Positions 50,568-63,676 of a stretch of DNA of 64,000 bases are shown one piece after another. The position numbers were made by a program, and so were the translations under genes. The notes below the pieces were generated by a model. That model searched no databases and was not told the DNA's origin. It was given only the letters and a program-made list of their open reading frames with translations. The stretch is from Paraspadella gotoi. Taxonomy: Eukaryota; Animalia; Chaetognatha. The DNA lies in the NCBI GenBank assembly GCA_051294375.1, contig CM119263.1, forward strand, positions 21,932,494 through 21,996,493, written 5' to 3'. Within the stretch, counting starts at the first letter, position 1, and each line of letters starts with the position of its first letter.

Positions 50568-53500
50568 TCATCCGTTACCGTCAACCTTGAGTTCCAATCT
50601 GGCCATTGATCTTCGGATAGGAGGAAGGGGGTCCGAGCTTTCGTCGACCTCCGTCAGATCGGTCTCTGGTCGCCTGGGAGAGAGAAAACAAAATAGCGCT
50701 CATTGAGACGTTTTGAGACAAAATTACAAAATTAACAAAATTACACATGAAACCGCCAGACTCGCCTGTGGTACGTTTCGTCTTCCGTCAGATCATTTTC
50801 CGATGATTGCCTGTAAAATTGGTAATAATTCAGTGTGTGAGTGAAAGAGTGAGGGTGAGAAAAAAAGACAAATAAATTCAGAAACCGAACAATATTTTCG
50901 TGCTCACCTCGAACCAATTTCGTCCATTGTTAAATCTTCTTCCGAACGTCTATAATTATAATTATATTAATAAGGTAATATTTATAAAAATAATACACCA
51001 TTACGACGTAACATTGAGAAAGACGCAGGTAAATGCATCCTAACAGCACCACCTCGATTCAGATTTAAATTCATAACTCAGTCGAACCTGTAATCGCCTT
51101 CATCGTGATCGAAGTAGGAACCGGAGGTGACGCCCCCGAGTGCCACGCCCCCTTCAGGGTCGCCGGCGACGACGTCTTCGATCGATTGGCGCCCGAGACG
51201 CTCGGCCTCCGAGTCGCGGATGCTGTACCTGAACGGAAGATCGACGAAGTTTATTTTCCTCGTTGCTGTTGTGGTTACTACAATTTTTGTATTGGTTTTT
51301 TTTGTCCCTTTAATGACTAGTTTTATTATTAATCATCATCGTCGTCGTCGTCGTCGTCATCATTGAAAAGGACGACACCCAAAAGTCATTACTTTCTCAT
51401 CTTTCTCCTGTCGATGAGGATCGTCTTGACGATGGCGATGACGACGACGAAAAGGACGATGGCGACGACGATGCCAAGGACGAGGAAAGCGCTCACCCCG
51501 GACACTGAGTTTTCCGGGTGGTGGGGGCCATCGATGGGGGAGCGAGCTTGGGGTCAGGAGGGGGTGGGTGTTAGGGTGGGAAGAAGATGGAGAAGTAATT
51601 TAAACTGTGAATCAGATATATGTTAAAAGCATATTAAAGCGGATGAAGGCTTGAAGACTAAAACATGTTCGTTATTGTGAAAATAAAATTCGTTGTCCAA
51701 ATTCAAACTTTTTCGCTAAATGTTAAAAGCAAAAAAAACAAGTTTGAGCAAACAATGTCGGATCGGCCTAGGATAATTAAGCGGTAATAAGCAAATGGTA
51801 TCATAACAAATCATGACAGACTTTTAAATAAATCTATGAAAAAATCTATGAATCAATTGATCTATCAATCATTACCAGTAGCTGCACCAATACCAACTTG
51901 CATAATTTGGTCAACTTGCATAATTTGGTAATTTTGCATAATTTTATCAACTTGCATTATTTGGTCAACTAAGATAATTTGGTCAACTGACATCATTTGG
52001 TCAACTGGCATAATTTGGTCAACTGGCATGATTTGGTCAACTTGCTTAATTAGCTCAACTGGCATAATATGATCAACTGGGATAATTTGCTCAACTGGCA
52101 TAATTTGGTCAATTTTTCAGAATTTGGTCATTGAATAATTTGTTCAACTGGCATAATTCAATCAATCAATCAATCAGAGAGATAGTGAGAGAGAAACTTA
52201 CCGACGGACCGACAAAGTGGATTATAGAGTCGGAATCTGCTGATAAGCAGATCCGACTAAAAATATAAGACCACTCTTCACCAATACAAAATGGAAACTG
52301 AGAAAAAGTTTGAAATAATTTTCAAATTTATTTTGAGAGAGTGAACATGTTTCGACTTTAATTCAAGTCTTCATTCATAAGCACAGTGCTGATGAAGACA
52401 AAATAAATTGTTGTTGAAAATTATTTTTTACTTTTTCTCATTATATAACACAACGAAAGAAAGGATTTCACATAAAATAGAAACTAAACTTTCACCTGAA
52501 GGTAAAAATAATTAAGTAATAATTAAATAACTAATGAGGATTTTAAAAAATTAAACAAAACGATACAAAAAAGAATTTTGAAAAAAGAGTTGTTGCTAAA
52601 TTGATACCATCCACGACGGCTGAGGTGGTCGATTTGTCGTCGTTATTGTCGTCGTCATCGTGGTCATCCTTTCTGACTACAAACGACGACTTCGGTTTGC
52701 TCTTTGGTTTCTTTTTTCATCGACTCGGGTTTCTTGAGAGGTTTGAGAGTCGGCCTAAACGTCGGCCTAAAAGGTCGCTTCGAGCTCGGCACAAAGGTAG
52801 ACAGTGATGTTGGTTTGGTTATCACCGTTGTGGTCACTGGAACTGTGGAATTTGCTGACGGCCTGAAGGTTGACTTAGCGGTCGGTTGGGGTACAGCCGT
52901 TGTGGTAAGTGGGACTGTCGAGGTAGTTTCTACCAGCGTCGTCTTGATTATCTGGTTCGTTGTAGGCTCTACAGTAGTTTTAACGGTCAATGGTAAACTT
53001 GGCGGGTATCTGGGCATTGAAGTCGGCTTTTCCGTCGAATAGACTGGCTTTTTTTGAAATGTGGTAAATCTGACCGTCGGCTCGGTCGGTGTGAAGACTG
53101 ATTCCAATCTAACCGTTGAATTAGGGAGAAAGTCATGATTGTGATGTTCACTTGTAAGTCTATTCTCCGTTATGCCCGTGGAGCCGCTGAAGTGGCGGCC
53201 TTTGGTAGGGAAAGCAATACAGAACTTTACAGAAGATTAATACAGAATATTACTTATTACTAATAAGAATAAACACAAGTGGTGAAGGGCGTCATTGACA
53301 TCGCATCCTTTTTAGCCACTCCCAGGACTTCCCCCACTACCCTTTCGTTGATGAACCGCCTCGACTACGCCCCGCTTCCTCTCATTTTTGGCACCGCCTT
53401 AACCCTACCTCCACTCCGCCTTCACACCCCTCAGCCTCGCCCCCGACCCGCGTCCCTACCTGCGTCAATTTTAAACTCGCATTCTTCTCCTCGGTGAAAG

Positions 53501-54749
53501 TTGAACGCGTAGATCCCGGATTGATTGAAGGCATCGTCGACGCGATACTTGAAGATCTTGGCGACGACGGGGTGGACGGCGTCGTCGCTGCAGTTTCGAC
53601 GAAAGCCTCGAGCCGGCCCCATGTCGATCCCGCGGAGGAGAGAGTAGGTCTTCGTGGCGGCGACCGTTTCCGTCACCATCTTATTGACGGCGCCTTCGCG
53701 GTCGGCCTCGTCAACGTAAGTGAGGACGGGGATGTCGCCCGGACAGCCTCCCCAACACTGCAGGACGACGGGACGATCGACTTGAAGGATTTTCTCCACG
53801 GGAGGAGAGGGACTTTGTTTCAAGCTGATCTGGAGTTGGAAGTAGTGAGGATTGTGGAAAATGATTTGGAAAAGATTTTGTATTAATTTCTAATTCGTAG
53901 ATAAAAAATTATAATATATATATACTATATATAAAAGCTATATTTGAATAAATTATTCCAGCTTGCATGTTTTAATATAAAAGAAAACACCCTAAAGATT
54001 AAATTTAAATAAATAAATGATTATATATAAATAAGTAAAAAGAATTTGGATTAAATTAACATCTAAAACATAACATCTCCTGGCTAAAAAGTCAACATTA
54101 ACGCATTGTGACATTTTGACAATCTGCCAAATCCTGGACGCACATTAAACCCCGGGCCTCCGGCCACTCCTTTGACACGAAACCCCAGGGCGTTCTTATA
54201 TTCCTGCTGCCCTTTGACGCGAAAATAGTGCGGCAACGGCATCCTTCGCTTCTCCAGCGACTCGAACACGGTACACAAGTCGGTCCTCAGCAGGTCGTGA
54301 CCCGGTTCGTCGACGCCTTCGCGTATCGCGTCCTTCACCAGCTGCGTCGTCAGCGTCGGCCGCTGCTCGCTGACGTTGCAGAGATTCGCCGCACCCTCGG
54401 AAAAATATTCGATGGCGACGTGAAAGACGAGATTATCGGCGCCGGCGAGGAAGGCGTCGCAATCGTGGTCGGCGTTGTCGGGAAAGACGAGGAGGACGCC
54501 GCCGGCCGACGCCGCTTCGGAGGGATCGAAATCTATCTCGGTTCCGTTGAAGGAGCAAACGTTGACAATCACTTTGGGAGTGTCTCGGCCGGATAGTGAA
54601 GATGGAGCCTGCGACGAAATTATTGTCCTCGTTGTCGTTGTTAACAACATTGGCGAATCCATGGTTGAGATTTCGCCGTCGCTGCCCGAGACGAAAAGAA
54701 GGACGGCGATTACGACGATCGCCGTCGTGGAAGAAGAAAGTGGCTTCAT
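50568..54749 (-). CDS. Type I single-pass membrane protein: signal peptide, CUB-like domain, Ig-like domain, Thr/Pro mucin stalk, TM, repeat-containing cytoplasmic tail
   Basis: ATG at 54749 with signal peptide (AIVVIAVLLFVSGSDG). Exons 54749-54144, 53829-53460, ~53199-52608, ~51546-51393 (TM AFLVLGIVVAIVLFVVVIAIV), ~51228-51088, ~50949-50908, ~50808-50766, ~50674-50568. Domain calls come from Cys spacing and GFNISL / VVLQC..SGIY motifs and are tentative. Frame problem at 52664-52717. Confidence 0.75.
51893..52157. repeat. 18-bp minisatellite (CATAATTTGGTCAACTGG)n in an intron
   Basis: Over a dozen tandem degenerate units. Confidence 0.9.
52337..52460. ncRNA. Two divergent, degenerate minimal type-I hammerhead ribozyme motifs (PLE pseudo-LTR type)
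   Basis: Minus strand: GTG-CTTATGAATGA-A-GACTT-gaatta-AAGTC-GAAA-CATGTT-CACTC. Plus strand from 52386: GTG-CTGATGA-AGACAA..TTGTT-GAAA. Related copy at 32010-32066 (-). Confidence 0.6.
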
Positions 54750-57096
54750 TCTAAAGGACGATTTTACTTGATTGGACTCCGAGGTTTATTGATAATTAAA
54801 TTTGAAACAAAACTGGTTAAAATCTTCGAATTTAAAAATGTTTAAATTGATATTAAAATACGCTACATGAACCAATTTGATTTTACTTCGAGCAGTGATC
54901 TCGACTTTTCGTGAATGACGCGAAAATTGAAAATTAAAACAAAAAGGAAACCTCAAAATTGATTTCGATTCCAAAAATTATTTTTACGACTAAAATAATT
55001 GTCTTGTTTTTCCGTCGCGAACCGCAGGCTTCGAAATATGGGGGTTGATCGTTTTTTGGGGGTGGAGCGGGGGTGGGGGGGAAGGGGTAAAAGTGATAGA
55101 TGGAGAAACAAAAGGGGCGAAAGGAAATTTGGGAGTAAAAAAAGGTGAGAATAAATGGTCGACAGAACGGGATAAGGGCAGAGTCGTTTAAATTTATTTG
55201 GCTGTTTTAGTCACCATCATGAAAAAGGCGGAAAGAAGGCGGTTGGAGAAAGGGGGAGGGGCGGTGGAGGGGTTAGCTGATCAGGGGCAAGCGGGAAAGA
55301 CCAGTCACTATTGCGTTATCCGTGCGTCACTGCCAACGAATGAGTCGTGATTAATCGTGATACGTCGTTCGGTATGTGAGTGTCTGTAAACTCACCAGCC
55401 AAGTCATTTTTAAGAGGAATTTTCTGCCACAATAATTTCCATTTTTCGCCCTGTCGCTGTTTCGATGACTAAGATATACCTCAACCTGTACTATATCTTA
55501 AAGCCACTGTTAAAAATTTCCCTTATTTCTTTTCCCGGATCGGCTTTAGCTTTATTTCTTTTTCCCGGGTCGGCTTTCTTTCTCGAACCAGCAGGTTTTT
55601 TTTTCTCGATCAAAGAGGATATCAAAACAACGAGGTTTTTCTGATTTGCAGACAAAAGAACATCAATTTTAAGTATTTCCTTCGCAGTTATAGTGAAACA
55701 TTACACAATGCGTTTGATTAAAATTAATAGACAGGCAGAATATAGTTAAGGAAAAGCTTTGTATTTTATATATGCGATTTTATTCGAATACAACGAGGTT
55801 GATTCGGTACAATCATCATCAACAAACAAACATAGACTAAGTCTGAGCAAACAAAAAACATTATAAAATAGAGAGAAAAAACAGTTAATTAAATAAAATT
55901 AATTAATTAAAATTTAAACAATTAAAAATTGTTCTTGTGTTGTAAAAAACGGAACAAGTTTCTGAAGAACAGTATTTTTCATTGTATATATCTTTGAGAT
56001 AAAGGTTTTCTTACGATTATTAAATGGTCTGGCCTTGTTAATAACTGCATATTTATCTTTCACAAAAAAAATGTTCTTTATTTTACTTTACTTTGAACTA
56101 CATTTTTCTCCCTTGACTTTGAAAAGATGATAATTGATAATTGTCGTCTTCATCCTCCGTGACTTTCACTGTCGTGGTCGTCGTCGTCGTCGTTGACGTC
56201 ATCGTCGTTCCAATAATCGTTCGGATACAATCTGACCAAAATCTAAGCTCACAATGTTCATGGTCGCTCTGGCGGTCTTAAGCCAATAACGTCACGATCG
56301 GCTGCATCAGATATTTTTTCGAAGTCTCGTTGGAACGTTTGGTGTTTTTCCTACGTCAGTCCTGATCTTGCGTTTTTTAAGGTTTTTCTAGTTTGACAAT
56401 GGATTGCAATTTCTTGATTTCTCAATCGGATAACCTTAGTACAGTAAGCATGATAAATTCCGTCCTTCAATTTTAATTTAAAGTGGCCTTTTAACGTTTA
56501 TATCTGGACGACGATCGCTTACTAAAGCGAAAGCAATTGCAGGACAAGCGGAAGGATTGTCACGATGTCCGATAAAAAATCAACGCAAGTCGTCGTCGAG
56601 TTGCGACTATAAAGTTCGACGAATCATAGTGCGAAACCTGTTTTTGCTTTTGATTTCTTTCATTTTGTCCGACGTCGAATATGTATGACGACGACAACAA
56701 CAACGACGTTTCAAGGTCGAAACTCAAAACTCGGAACACGAAAACCTTACAAAAGGAATTTAATTAGGGCGGGATTATATTAAAATTAAATTCATGAAAA
56801 AATGTTTTTCTTTTCATTGGGGTTTCAATTCGTTGTTTTTGAGTTACAAGAATTTCGTTGTACAGTATATGCAACAAAGAGCCTTTTATCGCGCTCCTCA
56901 TCAACGCAATTTAAATTAAACTTTAAATTAAACTTTAAATTAATAAAATTTATTTTGTCTCACAATTAAAACATCTATGCTTGGACGAAGTTCAGAAATG
57001 TTATCATCTTTTTTCTTTTGTTCAATTTTTTTGTATATTAATGGTGACGACTCAATCCATTTGTTAGATTCAGATTAGTAATCTCACTATCTCTCT

Positions 57097-57134
<38 letters not shown>

Positions 57135-57139
57135 CTCTC

Positions 57140-57172
<33 letters not shown>

Positions 57173-57707
57173 TCTAAATCTTCTCCGTTCCGTTCTCTCT
57201 CGATTTACAATACGTTCCTTTGATATCCAAAAATCTAATTCGATCGTCGATGAAACGAAATTCTTTTCGTCCCCAACCAAAGACAAAGATCATTTTGGGA
57301 GCGGATCATCGCCTCTGGGTCCGTCTTCGGGACAAATCTGAAATCAGCCTCTGGAATTTCTGGATCAAGAGCCGAAAGACTCATGGAACCGGTTCTTTTT
57401 GCTCTACATTTTTGAGAAACGTTTTCTAAAGGGGAATTCCCTGTCGTCGTTGCTCTCGTTCTCCATGTATAATTATTAATTGTATATGTATATATGCGTT
57501 CTCTATGGTTCGTGCAAGATTTTACCGTTCGCCAACCGTCATAAACATCGTCAATATTTGTTAATTTATTTTTATTCATATTATGTTTATTAATTCTAAG
57601 TTAATTCTAAATTGATTCTAAATTGACACCATTTTCACAAGTTGTAATCCATTCTAACAACAGTACTTGTTCTCTCTCTCCCTCCAGCGCTCCTCATTCG
57701 CCCCACC

Positions 57708-59800
57708 ATGTCTTCGCCGGCCGTTCGCATCAACACCTCCGTCTCCACCTCCCCTCCTCTTCACCCTCCCACCTCCATCGTTTCCTCCCTTCACCTCGCG
57801 CCCCCGCTCGCCTTCAAGAGACAAAACATCCTGGCCTCCGTCTCTGCCGCAGCCTCAGCGCCGACATCCTCCAGCATCTCGTCGTCGTCGTCCTTCGTGA
57901 ACCTCTCCACCTCCGGCGCGGAGAGGATCGTCCGCGAGGCCTTCGGCGATCGCCTCCCGAGTCTCGTCATCTTCGACAAGGACGGGACGCTCATCTGCTT
58001 CCACTCTATGTGGAAGCCCTGGCTCGAAGGCTTCGTGGCCAGGTAAAATCGTTGTCAAGCAAATTTTTTTTTTAAATTTAATTAATTATCATGGTAATCT
58101 TATTTGAATATTGTAGAAATTTATCTGCAGATTATTTCTTTCATATGTTGAATCGCTTTTCTTATAAATTATACAAAGTTTTATTACATTATTTAAAGTT
58201 ATCATCAGTAAACTTTTGTAAGGATTAAGTTTCTGAAGAATTTCTATTATTTGTATTGTTGCTCTACTTGACCAATGACCACCGGTCCACCCCCATTCCC
58301 GCCTTTCTCTCATCCCTCATCCCTCATCCCTCATCCCAATCTCTCTCTTCCAACCCTCCAGGGTGGAGTCCGCTTCGGGCCTTCCTTTCCAGGATTCCCT
58401 CTTCTCTTTGTTCGGCTTCAACCCGAAAAGACGAAAGTTCGAACCCGGACTCTTGGCTGAAGGGACGATGTGTCAGTGCAAGGCCGCGGCGAAGGAGACC
58501 ATCGCCGAGAGGGTTGGGGCGGAGAATGCGGAAGAGGTGAGTGGGAAAAGGGTGGGGGGGTGGATAATGCGGAAGTGGTTAGGGGGTTTAGAAAAAGGTT
58601 GTAATAGAAAGCTAAAGAAAAGGAGTCGAAAATGGCCAAAAGAAGACGAAACAGGAAGACAAAAAGTGTGAGAAGGTTTAGGAGAATCCGGACAAAAACT
58701 AGAAGCAGGTGTGCCAGAGAGAACATTAGCTCAGCTCAAGGTATCACCGGGGAGAGGTGAGATTTTTGGGTCAACCAGGAGTAGATTAAACGGTAGCAAA
58801 GTTAAAAAGAAAAAAAATTGTAATGGCCAAAAGAAATTGAAAACTGAACCAGAAAATAATAAAATGAAATATTAAACTAAATTACCATAAAATAATCTGT
58901 TAAAACTCTTTTCTTCCAATTCCCCCTGTCTTCTCACATTGTAAGATCATCGACTCGTGTTGGGAGGATTGCGATACCTCCTCCTCTCACACGCTGCGCG
59001 CTACGTGCGACGTGAGACGTCTCCTATCGGCGTTGAAGGCGCGCGGCGTCAAAGTCGCCATGTGCACCGCTGACTCGCGGGCTGGGGCGTTGGGCGCCAT
59101 CGAGAAGTTGGGCGTGGCTGACATGTTTGACATTATTGTCGCGGGTGAGAAAAATCAGTTGAAAGCAATGAAATTATTCTGTCAAGCCGGAAATCAATAA
59201 ATTAAGTTATCATTGAATGAAATGCTAAATCAATCAAACCAATCGAATTAACAAATAAATTTGATAAATATAGAAATAAATATAAATCAAATCAATAAAA
59301 TAAATTAAAAAAGAATAAATGAATGAATCTATCAATAATTTATTTATTCAATCAATACAAGCCTTTCAATAAATCAAATCAACTAAATCAATCAATTAAA
59401 TCAATCATTCCAGGCGGCGATGAAGACTCTAAGCCGAAACCGGATCCTCACAACGCGCTAAAGATTTGTCGAGTCTTAGGAGTGGAACCCATAAAGGCGA
59501 TGATGATCGGCGACACCCGCGCCGATACTGAGATGGGGAAAAATGCTGGGCTGGGACTTACCCTGGGTAAGGAATCTAAATTTGAATTAGGGCAAAACCG
59601 GTTTTTTTTTTCTTTTAGACGTAAGGAGTCGATGGCGATAAGAACGACAAAGGCCGATTGTTTACAAAAAAAAACCTTGTTGCAATTTCACAGGCGTTTT
59701 GAGCGGCATCGGCCAACAGCGCGATCTTTATCTTGCCGATCTTTTGGTGAACAACGTCGACGATCTATTTCAATTATTCCCTTCGCTGAATCAACTGTGA
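57708..59800 (+). CDS. HAD-superfamily hydrolase (phosphoglycolate phosphatase/PpaX-like)
   Basis: Exons 57708-58042, 58362-58536, 58946-59144, 59414-59566, 59694-59800 (TGA) join in phase. Motif [11 protein letters not shown], motif II VAMCTAD, motif III KPKPDP, motif [18 protein letters not shown]. Ser/Pro-rich N-terminal extension. Confidence 0.92.
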
Positions 59801-61275
59801 AATTATCTCACGAATCTCACATTTCATTGTGACTCTTACTACACTAATATACGTACAAACAGTGTTAGCTCGTATTTTACGTCTTGTTTTCTTAAAGCAC
59901 AAATTTGATTTCTTTTTAGTAGTAGGTAAACTTTTTTTCTCAACATGTTTTGTCCACAACGTTTTCAGTCTTTTTCTCAACTAACTACTATGTAGTTTTA
60001 TAATACGTTTATATTTTCTTGACGAAAATTATTTTTCCGAATTCGTTCGATTCGCTTCGTTTCGAAGCAAAATAATATTAGGAGAATTTTCTCTATAGAT
60101 TCTTTTTTGTGACTAGTGAAGACATAGTAAATTTGTATGTTGTTCTTATTGATTGTATTTGGAACACGAAATTATTTACTGACATAATCTAGTTTTTATT
60201 GTAATACTGCTTTTTTTTTATGAAGGAGTTTCCGTTAAAATCAGGAGCTAATTTACGTTTTTACAAATGAATGAGATATTGACAAAAATGAATTCTTCTT
60301 CTCTAAATCAATCCCTTATCACTTCTCAGCAGCATGTAATAAGCTCCTTCAAAACTCCCTGTCTCTTAATGAGCCGTCGCTCGGATTGTGTGCTTGCTTT
60401 TTAAACTTTAAACTATTTTAGTCAATTTAAAATTAATTTCATTTAACAAAACTCGTCTTAATTGGTCTCTTTATTACTATCTCTTTATCCCATTATCTCT
60501 TAAACTCTAAAACCTTCTTTGATCTCTCATCCCATCTCTCCATCCGTCCGTCCTTTCATCACTCGGCGCCCCGTCGTTACGCCTTAAAATCTTCCCTAAA
60601 TCACTACGGGAAAAGAATAACGGAATAATTAGGAAAGGTCGGAGCATCCCCGGGAGCTTCACTACGGTTTTGAAGGAATGGGAATATTTTAATTATTGAA
60701 ATGAGATAGAACGGAAATGCTAAGTAGTAGTTAGGACTGATCGATTTAATATAATGATTAAATTTAGCTAATATAGATTAACAAAATTTATTCAGCCTGG
60801 TATTGATCATATAAAAGTTAAATCATTCGGTTACATACATAGTGGTACGTGCGTAGGATACCTAATCGTTGGATTTTATTTTTCTAACGAATTTATTCAT
60901 TCAGTCGAAGCGCAGCAATCGGTGGCGCCCTCCCGTGGCGAAACCCGTAACTCTAATCATCACAACAGCAAAAAAAAAAAACGAAACAAAAGACGCGGTG
61001 GACGATTAATTACGGTCGCGTTGACGTCCCTTCCCGCCCGAAGCGAAGTAACGCCGACAACAACCACAAAGACAACAAAGACCGGAAAAAAAGAAATATA
61101 AATAGTGGAATACTTTGTTTACTTTTATCTACGACCTTAACTATAATTATTGGAAATGATTAGGGCTAGACAAGAAAGAGGAAATTGGGAAAGGAAAAAT
61201 CTAAACAAAGAAAAAACCGCAAAAGTTTTCTCTTTTGTGAAAGTGATTAATAAATCTCCCAGTTAAAACCTCAAG

Positions 61276-61390
<115 letters not shown>

Positions 61391-61464
61391 GTCGATCTGA
61401 AAAACCATTTCCGTTTAACTCTTGAGGGGGAGGTGGAAGAACGGGAGAATGAGATGGCTCGCAA

Positions 61465-61966
61465 GTCACGTGATCGAAAATTGTACGTGACGTCACGCGT
61501 TTGTCTCAAAAGTTTTTTTTTCGCGCCAGACGACGACGAGAGAGACGGCGATGATTTGAAAGGAAGACGACGACGACGACGACGACGATACGGAAGAGGA
61601 TCGATTCACTTCCCGGTGACGTCACTCAAAAACGTTTCTGAGAAAGTCAAAAATATAAGTGGCGCTTTTTGAAAAATAAACAAAACGCCAAAAACAGAAA
61701 TAGAACATAAAAAAAAAATGAAATCGTGTAAATAAAACAGGGTCGAAAGCGGGGAAACGAAAACGTGCGAAGTAGGGAAAAAATCCCTGGGGTTGCCGTT
61801 TTAAAGAAAATAGAAGAAATAACAAAGAGTTTTCTTGAAGTAACTCTTTATTTTTTTCTTCTTTTTGCGCCGCGTACGATCGCGAGAACATTTTTTGGTA
61901 TCGGATGCTTTTTTTTGTTTTTCGTTCAATCGAACCACCAACGACTCTTTTTTGTGTTCTGTAAGT
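61465..61966 (+). promoter_or_regulatory. Candidate promoter and non-coding first exon of a gene continuing beyond the window
   Basis: GTCACGTGAT 61465, CRE palindromes TGACGTCA at 61488 and 61617, ETS-like ACTTCCCGG at ~61608, GTAAGT donor at 61961. Confidence 0.4.
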
Positions 61967-62470
61967 TTAGATCACAATTCGTGATCATAATTTTTATCTC
62001 TCTCTCATTAATTTTTATTCTTTCTTTCTCTCTCTTCCTGTCTTTCTCTTCCTCTTTTTTCCCCGATTGGACTCGTCGAAAGTACAAATTTGTTTCTCTA
62101 CTTCACCAAAGTGAATTTTAAAAAAATTATTGATTAAAAAATTTGGATCTCTATTTGATACTCCACCATAGATTTCGCATTAATAAAGAGGATTATCGAT
62201 GCCAGTTGTAAAAAAAACAAATCACGCGCTTAAAAATGGAATCAAAAAGAAAGGAATGGAATTTGATAAGTTTAAACCGACACCGAACACATTCACTTTC
62301 CTTCATCTTTGCCTTTTTCACCGGATACTGCATTTATGCAGGTACAATTTAGTATCTAGATTTTATATTAGTTTCTTTTCTCTCTCTCTCTCTCTCTCTC
62401 TCCTCACTCTCGTCTCCTCTTGCTCTCTCTCCTCTCTCTCTTTCTCTCTCTCTCTCCTCTCTCCTCTTCT

Positions 62471-62523
<53 letters not shown>

Positions 62524-63676
62524 ACCCCTAAGAAACTCTAAACGAATTTTTGAGAACCCGTCTCTCTCTCTCTCTCTCTTTCACATCGAGATTCATTCAG
62601 TTTTGTTTGTATTTAATTATCAGAAGAAACAGGATTATGAACCGAAAAAAAAATTCCTCAGCCAAAAAGTCCTCTCGTTTTTCTTATTCCTGTTTTCTTA
62701 CTCATCTCATCCAATTTCTCCTTCTTGATTCTTGACCCTATTTCCTTTCAACAATATGATCCGTCTTTTCTTCCCATCCCACTCGTTTGGGGTTTTCTCT
62801 CTCTTTCAAAAATAGTTTTTTTCTTTCTTTCAAAGATTTTCTTTCTTTACTTCCATCTGATTGTAACTCTCTAACGCCTTTCCCACAAACGGCGCCTTAT
62901 TACTTTCATACATCGAGATCTTTTCTCCTCACATCTCATAACTCGATTCAAACTCCTACCCTTTTTTTGAACATTTTAAAGAACAATATCGTTGTTCTCT
63001 TCTTGATTTGATGAAAAACTCAAATAAACAATTTTTGACAGGTTTCAATTCCGTGAGACAGAAATGTTTTATGTTTAGGTTGAGAATTTTTTGAGTCCAA
63101 TTCAGGGCCAAAAAAAAAAAGTAAAAATTCAAAAGACAATAAATCATCGATTCTAAGTAGTAAGTTTTATATTAAATGACGAACGCAAAATTCCCATTGA
63201 GCGAGGACAGGGAAGCCGGAGTTCGTGACGAAGAACAACGCGGGATCAAACTTGAATCGAATTTTGGGTGGAGTTCGAAAAATGAAAAAAGTGTCAACTA
63301 TCGCGATGATAACTGACTGATACGACAACGAAAAAAAAAGTGATGGACATATCAGAAAGACAAGTGACCTTAAAAAAAAGGATGATTTAGAAATGTTGGT
63401 GAATGAATGAAATGAGCAGCAACGCCATAAAATGTTGTGTATTATCTCGAAATGTGGTTACAAAAAAAAGAATATCAGAGCGGTAATTGTAGTATGATTT
63501 CGTACCAGAGTGAAAATATTAAATCATGAGAAAAAAAATTGATGATGAACATGATTGTGATAATAAGGACCAAAAAAAATCTAAAATAGCTTTTTCCGTC
63601 TTTTTAGTTCTTGCACTCAAGTACGACTGAGCAAGAGGCTTAAATCCTAATTAAATCTTAAATCCTAGTAATACGC

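Noticed and set aside
51865-52157. Regular short repeats resembling a CRISPR array or a VDQIMP repeat protein
   Set aside because: 18-bp head-to-tail minisatellite without unique spacers, in a eukaryotic intron. No cas genes.
52201-52249. Candidate 38-nt minus-strand exon with a strong GTAAGT donor
   Set aside because: Its phases do not fit between the stalk and TM exons. It could be a poison exon but is unsupported.
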